Assembly (NCBI GenBank): GCA_963675755.2
Contig: CAXXMD010000003.1
Coordinates: 1,888,001-1,952,000 of the forward strand
Length of the DNA stretch: 64,000 nucleotides
DNA from: a bacterium
GTDB taxonomy: Bacteria > Zhuqueibacterota > Zhuqueibacteria > Residuimicrobiales > Krinioviventaceae
Direction: 5' to 3'
Positions 58,319-64,000 of the stretch are shown here, in pieces. A program made the position numbers and the translations under genes. Every line of letters starts with the position of its first letter. Position 1 is the first letter of the stretch. The notes below the pieces were generated by a model. The model made no database searches. It was not told the origin of the DNA and worked only from the letters and a program-made list of their open reading frames with translations.

Positions 58319-59563
58319 ATGAAAAGAGTAGTTCTGATATTGGTAATAGCAATGAGTCATATTCTATTTGCACAGTCACAATGGCCGCAGTTTAGAGGTC
58401 CCGGTGGTGATGGTGTGGTTGACCTGCAAGGGTTGCCCTATGAATGGAGCGAGAGTCAAAATGTAAAATGGAAAACCGCCATTCATGATCTGGGGTATTC
58501 TACTCCGGTGATTTTGAATAACCAGGTCTGGTTTACCACGGCAACTCCAACTGGTGAAAAAATGTACGCGGTTTGTCTTGATCTCAAGACCGGCAAGGTG
58601 GTACATGATATTCTGGTGTTTACCAACACGGACCCACAAGGCATCCACAAGCTGAACAGTTATGCTACACCTTCTGCCACAATTGAAGCGGGCAGGGTAT
58701 ATGTGCATTTTGGCACGTTTGGAACGGCCTGTTTGGATTCACAGACCGGTAAAAAGATATGGGAGCAGCGGGGACTGCATATCGAGCATATGCAGGGACC
58801 TTCAGCGTCTCCAATCATTTACAAGAATTTATTGATTGTGCACATGGACGGTACTGATGTGCAATATATTGTGGCTATGGATAAAAACACCGGCAAAGTG
58901 GTTTGGAAGACCGAGCGTCCCCAGGAATTTTACAAAGATGTACGTCCTGTCTGGCGTAAAGGATACACCACACCCCTGTTAATCAATTGGAAAGGTAAGA
59001 CCCAACTGATCAGCGTTGCAGGCCAGGTGGTACAGTCCCTGAATCCCGATACGGGTGATGTATACTGGAATGTAGTGGTTGCAGGAGATTCACCGGTACC
59101 GTCTCCGGTATTCTGGAACGGACTGGTTTATGTGAATGGCGGGTATCATTCCCGGACTCCCAGTCTCTGGGCTGTTGCGGTAGACGGCAGTGGCAATGTA
59201 ACCGATACCCATGTAAAATGGAAAACCGATCAGCACATCTCGAACGAGGCATCGCCGGTGGTCAAAGATGGTCTTTTATATGTTGTGAATGATCGGGGCG
59301 AGGCTGCCTGTCTGGATGCGGCAACCGGAGATATGTTCTGGGAACATCGACTCTCGGGCAAGTATGGCGCATCTATATTGCTCAATCAGGACAAGGTCTA
59401 TTTTTTCAGCAAAAAAGGATTGTGTACGGTTGTGAGAGCCGGAAAAACGCTCGAGATTTTAGCAGAGAACCAATTGGATGATGGATTTTACGCATCGGCT
59501 GCCGCTGTAGATAAATCATTGATACTGCGCACGTCAACACATGTCTATTGTATTATGGAATAG
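58319..59563 (+). CDS. PQQ-like (BamB-type) beta-propeller repeat protein
   Basis: Signal peptide, WPQFRGP.GDG, STPV, repeated CLD..TGK..W blades. Confidence 0.88.
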   Translation: MKRVVLILVIAMSHILFAQSQWPQFRGPGGDGVVDLQGLPYEWSESQNVKWKTAIHDLGYSTPVILNNQVWFTTATPTGEKMYAVCLDLKTGKVVHDILVFTNTDPQGIHKLNSYATPSATIEAGRVYVHFGTFGTACLDSQTGKKIWEQRGLHIEHMQGPSASPIIYKNLLIVHMDGTDVQYIVAMDKNTGKVVWKTERPQEFYKDVRPVWRKGYTTPLLINWKGKTQLISVAGQVVQSLNPDTGDVYWNVVVAGDSPVPSPVFWNGLVYVNGGYHSRTPSLWAVAVDGSGNVTDTHVKWKTDQHISNEASPVVKDGLLYVVNDRGEAACLDAATGDMFWEHRLSGKYGASILLNQDKVYFFSKKGLCTVVRAGKTLEILAENQLDDGFYASAAAVDKSLILRTSTHVYCIME

Positions 59564-59591
59564 AGCAATGGTCTGGAAAGGAAAGGTATAG

Positions 59592-60500
59592 ATGAAAATC
59601 AGGCTGTTGTTGTGGGTATCTTTTATTATATTGAATTCAGTATTTTGCAGCCAAACAGATCCAACAGAAACCGTCAAAGATCCGGATGTACCCAAATCCG
59701 TTGAGATCCTTAAAGATATTGAATATGCACAAGCAGACGGAAAATCTCTGCTGCTGGATCTGTATGTGAACAAAAGTGTTGATGCAAAAACACCGCTGGT
59801 AGTGTGGATACATGGCGGCGCCTGGTTACATGGAAGCAAGGAAAATCCCAAGCACGCGTTGCGCCTGCTGGATGAGGGATTCTCGGTAGCCAGCGTCAAT
59901 TACCGCCTCAGCGGTGAGGCCTCTTTTCCGGCGCAGATCATTGATTGTAAAGCAGCAATCCGCTGGCTGCGTAAACACGCGGATGAGCACAATATTGACG
60001 GGAGTAAATTCGGGGTATGGGGATCTTCTGCGGGAGGACATCTGGTAGCGCTGTTGGGCACCTCGGGAGAGGTTAAGGATTGGGATATTGGAGATAATAC
60101 AGATGGCTCCAGTAAGGTGCAAGCCGTATGTGACTGGTACGGTCCTACCGATTTTTTGCGTATGGACGATGTGGAAGGCATGCCTTTGCACATTATAGAC
60201 GGATCTCCAGAGACTGCGCTTATTGGCGGCGATCTGCGTGAGAATGCGGATAAAGTTGCGCTTGCGAATCCCATTACCCATATTCACAGTGGATGTCCGC
60301 CTTTTCTCATCATGCACGGCAAAGTGGATTCAACGGTCATCCATCAGCAGAGCATATTGCTGTATGACGCGCTCAAGGCAAAGGATTTACGCGCAGAACT
60401 GGTACTGCTGGATGATATGGGACATGGTGGCAAAGGGTGGAGTGAGCAGGTCCCGCGGGTAGCGGCGTTTTTTAAAAAGGTAATTGGCACTAGAGAGTAA
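59592..60500 (+). CDS. Alpha/beta hydrolase (BD-FAE/HSL-like esterase)
   Basis: IHGGAW, VNYRLS, GSSAGG nucleophile, PPFLIMHG..D..V, GHG. Confidence 0.9.
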   Translation: MKIRLLLWVSFIILNSVFCSQTDPTETVKDPDVPKSVEILKDIEYAQADGKSLLLDLYVNKSVDAKTPLVVWIHGGAWLHGSKENPKHALRLLDEGFSVASVNYRLSGEASFPAQIIDCKAAIRWLRKHADEHNIDGSKFGVWGSSAGGHLVALLGTSGEVKDWDIGDNTDGSSKVQAVCDWYGPTDFLRMDDVEGMPLHIIDGSPETALIGGDLRENADKVALANPITHIHSGCPPFLIMHGKVDSTVIHQQSILLYDALKAKDLRAELVLLDDMGHGGKGWSEQVPRVAAFFKKVIGTRE

Positions 60501-60515
60501 TATTATTGTTACAAA

Positions 60516-60549
60516 TACTGGTTCCAGTAAATATCTACAGGAACCAGTA
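60516..60549. terminator. Hairpin between convergent genes
   Basis: TACTGGTTCC...GGAACCAGTA 10-bp arms. Confidence 0.5.
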
Positions 60550-60568
60550 AGTCAAATTTAAAAGTTTT

Positions 60569-62212
60569 CTAAAACCTCTGTTTATCTGCAACCAATCTGG
60601 CTTTTAATTGCTCATAATCCACATCCTGTACAGCAGTATTCTTCTCGATAGAAAATGATGCTGCGGTTGCCGCTGACTGACCCAATATCATAAATACCGG
60701 TTCCATACGAATGGATCCGAATGCAATATGCGAGGCAGAGACACAAACCGGTACCAGCAGGTTGGTGCATTCCTGCTTTTTGGGGATAATGCTGTTATAG
60801 CTGATTCGGTAGGGACCCGGAACATGCACACCAATATCGCCTTCATTTTGCACAAATCCGTCCGGCTTGATATAACGCTGCGCATTGTGAGAGTCCAGCG
60901 TGTACGAGCCCATGCCTACGGGTTTTTCAACGGGACGTTTTCCGAGCACATCATGCTCGGTCATAACATGTTCACCTATCATGCGGCGAGCTTCGCGCAC
61001 ATAGATCTGGTGCGGCCAGTTGCCATTGTCAACAAACTCGTCTTTGGCGAGTCCCCATTTTTGCATTTTCTGTTGGACCTCTTGCGGAATTCTCGGATCA
61101 TTGGCAATGAAATAGAGCCATCCTTTTTGATAATTTTCATGTTCCTTTAATATTTCTTTGCGGCGGTCATAGCTCGCTTCTGGATAGTCATAGTTCATGC
61201 CGATATTGTCGGTGCTAAAGGGTCCGTGGTTGTTGGTGTCGGTTTTGAGATTGGGGATCATGTCGAATTTATTAAAAGTCTCTCGCCAGCCCGATTCATA
61301 AATCCGAACCAGCAGTTCATATTCTGCGGGATCGTAATTTTCGGGTTTGGGAAAAGGTACCCGATTTTCATCAACTGTGGTTAAACACATACGATAACAG
61401 TATGCCTGAAGACGATGATCGCCCTGGCCTTTTTCGCCCGGAGGTTCTGTGGAAATACGCGGTAACACACCACTTGAGGGATCGCTGGGGATTTTATAAG
61501 GAGAAATGTCGGTTTGAAAATGGTGCTTGTGATGCAGTACACCCACCTGCACGCCATTCCAGGTTTCGTCGTAAACGCTGTTTGCTTCGCGTCCCACATG
61601 ATATGAAACACCTGCAGCCGCCATAAGATCGCCTTCATAGGTAGCGTCGATAAAGACCTTTGCGGTAAAGGTTTTGCCGCTGAGCATGGTAATGGATTGG
61701 ATCTTGCCGTTAGAGGTTTTTACTCCGTTTTCACGGTCAAGCCACTCGTCGCGGAACACCGGGATGTTGAGTTCTTTAACCCACGCATCGTATATTTTTT
61801 CAGCCACATGCGGTTCAAATACCCACATGGTCTGTTCTACATCATTTTTAGCTTTAGTGCCCTGGCCCTGATTTGCAAAATCCTGCATGTTTTCCCATAC
61901 CCAGGCATTGTCTTTCTCATAATGCTGCCAGACACGGTGATAAAATTCTCTCGCCAGTCCGCCAACTGCGCTGGTGTTACCGCCATCAGTCCAGCCGAGG
62001 CCACCGGAAGTGAGTCCGCCAAGGTGCACATCGGGACCTGTGATTGCTACGGAATGGCCCATTTTCTTTGCCTGGATAGCAGCAACCACACCCGAAGAAG
62101 TACCGCCATAGATAACAATATCATATTGCTGGGATTTTGAATTTGTGCAAGATGAATAAATGAATCCGAATATAATGAAAAGTGCCAGGATGCTGATATA
62201 GGTTTTTTTCAT
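60569..62212 (-). CDS. FAD-dependent oxidoreductase (FAD_oxidored family), probable lipoprotein
   Basis: MKKTY...FIYSSC lipobox, YDIVIYGGTSSG..AA, GGLTSGGLG, FIDATYEGDL, YVREARR, SASHIAFGSIRMEP. Start moved from 62383. Confidence 0.9.
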   Translation of the reverse strand: MKKTYISILALFIIFGFIYSSCTNSKSQQYDIVIYGGTSSGVVAAIQAKKMGHSVAITGPDVHLGGLTSGGLGWTDGGNTSAVGGLAREFYHRVWQHYEKDNAWVWENMQDFANQGQGTKAKNDVEQTMWVFEPHVAEKIYDAWVKELNIPVFRDEWLDRENGVKTSNGKIQSITMLSGKTFTAKVFIDATYEGDLMAAAGVSYHVGREANSVYDETWNGVQVGVLHHKHHFQTDISPYKIPSDPSSGVLPRISTEPPGEKGQGDHRLQAYCYRMCLTTVDENRVPFPKPENYDPAEYELLVRIYESGWRETFNKFDMIPNLKTDTNNHGPFSTDNIGMNYDYPEASYDRRKEILKEHENYQKGWLYFIANDPRIPQEVQQKMQKWGLAKDEFVDNGNWPHQIYVREARRMIGEHVMTEHDVLGKRPVEKPVGMGSYTLDSHNAQRYIKPDGFVQNEGDIGVHVPGPYRISYNSIIPKKQECTNLLVPVCVSASHIAFGSIRMEPVFMILGQSAATAASFSIEKNTAVQDVDYEQLKARLVADKQRF

Positions 62213-62390
62213 ACTGCCCTCAATGTTTTTAATTTCCTTTACCCGATTAAAAATACACAAATCAAGTTTAGAATCAAAACAAAAAGGGCCAACAAGACAC
62301 ATGAACTGACACCAAAAGAACGGAGAGATCGAGTGAGTATAAGGGGGTGGGATAAAGGAAACAATGTATATAGAAAAAAACACAAAACGG

Positions 62391-62421
62391 GATCGTGACG
62401 GAGATAATCTCCGTCACGATC
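62391..62421. repeat. 31-bp perfect palindrome, copy 3
   Basis: GATCGTGACGGAGAT-A-ATCTCCGTCACGATC. Confidence 0.92.
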
Positions 62422-62523
62422 TTTTTTCAGTATTTATCTGCGCGTGTTTGTCTTTTGCGAATTCGTCGAGAGTAGCGGGTAGTTAATAAATATTTTTATA
62501 TTTTACCATGGTTTATTTCAGAC

Positions 62524-62574
62524 CGGCCCTTCGATACTCTCGTGAGCTAAATGCTCACTCGAACTCAGGGACCG
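62524..62574. repeat. REP-like nested hairpin (CGGTCCCTGAG...TCGAAGGG type on the minus strand)
   Basis: Outer arms CGGCCCT/AGGGACCG with inner GTGAGC/GCTCAC stem. Confidence 0.5.
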
Positions 62575-62622
62575 TTCTTTTTTTTGCATCTATTATTATT
62601 AATGAAATAAATTTATTTTTTA

Positions 62623-62650
62623 TAGGGACTGGTCTCAGGCCAGCCCCTAC
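62623..62650 (-). repeat. GTAG-type REP-like palindrome
   Basis: Minus strand GTAGGGGCTGGCCTGAGACCAGTCCCTA. Confidence 0.6.
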
Positions 62651-62677
62651 ATCAACGCTTTATCAAAACATCATGAA

Positions 62678-64000
62678 TCATTTTATCTGCTGTTCCAGCC
62701 ATTTCATGGCGGGATAGGGGAGCCCTTCATGTCCGCCTTTAAACAGGGTAACGCGGGCATTACCGCTTTGACGGCGAAACAGAACAGTTTTATCTCCGTA
62801 CCAGACATCTGGTTTACATTTGTTTTTCAGGTTTTCTGGTAATTCCTGGTTTTCAACAATATAATCAATGTCCTTTTTTGCGATTTTATCATTGTCTGCT
62901 GCAAGCACGTTAAAGGCATTGAGAGAATGACTCACCGGAACGCTGCCTGTATGACCGTCATGGATACCCGCATTGATATCAAGCGGTAGTCCTTTTGCAT
63001 TTTGTAAAAAGAACAGAGAAGAGCGATTTTTATATTCTTCATCTATTTGTTTGCTTGTACCAGGCTCACCACCGGTGGAATTGAGAATCATGTCCGCATA
63101 ACGATTGCCGCGGTCACGGCTTTCATAGTACCAGGCTTTAATGTCGGAAATGGGCACCCATGCCGATACAGCGGTCCAGACCTCGGGGTGTTTTGCCGCC
63201 ATTAGCAGAGAGGCATGTCCGCCACCTGAGCTACCCATAAGATAGATGCGGGAGGTATCTACATTTGCTATGCCTTTGGCAAAATCCACTGCACTTAGAA
63301 TATCCTGAGCCATCAGGTCGGAGCCGGTTGCCTCGGGACGATTATTGGGACCGCGAAAGTTGGGGTGGATGAATATCCAATCTTTTTCAATGCACCAGCG
63401 GGCCTGAGGGACCTGGGAATCCTGTGTGTAATCTCCGGACCAAGAGTGCAGGCAAACCAACAGCGGACGGGGAGAGTCGCAATCCGGTTGATAAAACATG
63501 GCAGGTTGATAGCTATTATCTGCTTTGCTGAGGTATTGGATTTCTTTGACCGGTTCCGGCCAGTTACGGGGACCTATAGCTGTAAAGTCTATGGGTGAAA
63601 AACCGTTACTGATTGCGGGAGAATCCGTCATCAGATCATAATCGTCTTTTTCCGGATTTGTGAATCCAGGAGCATCGAATTGTGAATGGAGGTCCTGTCC
63701 TTTTTTCTTCCAGTCATCAAAAGGCATTCCTGCAAAAGTAATGGGTTTACCGTCAAGACGATAATAATGGTTGTTGTTGAACTGGTAATTGTTTTTTTTC
63801 CAGTTCTTGCCCAGCAAGTCGGTTCCGTACCAATAGACGATATTGTTTTCAAAGGTAAAGCTAAGGTGTTCTTCGTTACGGGAACGTTGTATTTGCTGCT
63901 CGCGTGCGTGGGCAAAAATATTATTGCGGATAATATTTTCTTTACCATAATGCTGATGGAACCCGGCGCTTTTGGTTCGGTATACAATATTATTCTCGAG
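62678..64000 (-). CDS. 3' part of a fusion protein: right-handed beta-helix (GH141-like) C-terminus + S9-like alpha/beta hydrolase; start lies beyond the window
   Basis: Frame is open from 64000: LENNIVYRTKSAGFHQHYGKENIIRNNIFA...SFTFENNIVYW; then LLVCLHSWSGD, PNFRG, GSSGGG, G.HDGH, FKGGHE. Confidence 0.85.
   Translation of the reverse strand, partial: LENNIVYRTKSAGFHQHYGKENIIRNNIFAHAREQQIQRSRNEEHLSFTFENNIVYWYGTDLLGKNWKKNNYQFNNNHYYRLDGKPITFAGMPFDDWKKKGQDLHSQFDAPGFTNPEKDDYDLMTDSPAISNGFSPIDFTAIGPRNWPEPVKEIQYLSKADNSYQPAMFYQPDCDSPRPLLVCLHSWSGDYTQDSQVPQARWCIEKDWIFIHPNFRGPNNRPEATGSDLMAQDILSAVDFAKGIANVDTSRIYLMGSSGGGHASLLMAAKHPEVWTAVSAWVPISDIKAWYYESRDRGNRYADMILNSTGGEPGTSKQIDEEYKNRSSLFFLQNAKGLPLDINAGIHDGHTGSVPVSHSLNAFNVLAADNDKIAKKDIDYIVENQELPENLKNKCKPDVWYGDKTVLFRRQSGNARVTLFKGGHEGLPYPAMKWLEQQIK

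Noticed and set aside
656-62140. Numerous 60-180 aa antisense or alternate-frame ORFs in the ORF track
   Set aside because: They lie within well-supported genes and have no motifs or ribosome-binding sites.
18764-62383. Long N-terminal extensions and overlaps given by the ORF track (tsaC, msrC, glycosylase, ECF sigma, 48701 ORF, FAD oxidoreductase)
   Set aside because: Downstream starts give signal peptides or SD sites and remove the overlaps.
52711-62421. 31-bp palindromes as CRISPR repeats
   Set aside because: Copies are 3.9 and 5.8 kb apart with whole genes between them.
63631-63987. 118-aa ORF as a separate gene or frameshifted N-terminus
   Set aside because: The 62678 frame is itself open to position 64000 with recognisable motifs, so this ORF is an alternate-frame shadow.

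Overview
A 64-kb stretch of a diderm bacterial chromosome. The best guess is an FCB-superphylum lineage outside Bacteroidota (KSB1/Calditrichota-like). This is inferred from T9SS/FlgD-type C-terminal sorting domains, PorV and a C25 peptidase occurring with ordinary Shine-Dalgarno sites and sigma70-type promoters. Left part (1-38.4 kb): a T9SS-like surface locus (repeat cargo, C25 gingipain/PorU-like peptidase, PorV-family barrel, second barrel), murE-lysC-murA-murB, LPS/lipid A genes (two GT9, LpxL-like, lpxK, DUF374, lpxB, GnnA-like), tsaC, and repair/redox genes with a Crp/Fnr regulator and a perfect FNR-type box. Embedded in the LPS region is an uncharacterised signalling cluster: an NtrC-type activator; a complete sigma54 promoter (three TGT-N11-ACA sites, IHF-like sites, GG-N10-GC); a divergent sigma-like protein with a zinc-finger anti-sigma partner; then two Glu-type pseudo-receiver/DUF4388 proteins and two P-loop-dead conservon/MglA-like GTPase domains. 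Right part: an ECF sigma/FecR system with a twice-repeated promoter motif driving two TonB-dependent transducer + DUF4249 modules that share a near-identical 1060-bp 5' block but have divergent AT-rich barrels; tRNA-Lys(CTT) followed by an integrase-free 381-bp GIY-YIG unit between 86-bp direct repeats containing the tRNA 3' end; three copies of a perfect 31-bp palindrome plus other REP-like remnants; a cation/H+ antiporter + CBS pair; and a glycan/sulfate-ester catabolic cluster ending in a beta-helix/esterase fusion that runs off the window. No CRISPR array, rRNA, integrase or transposase was seen. All family assignments come from motif recognition by eye, not database searches.
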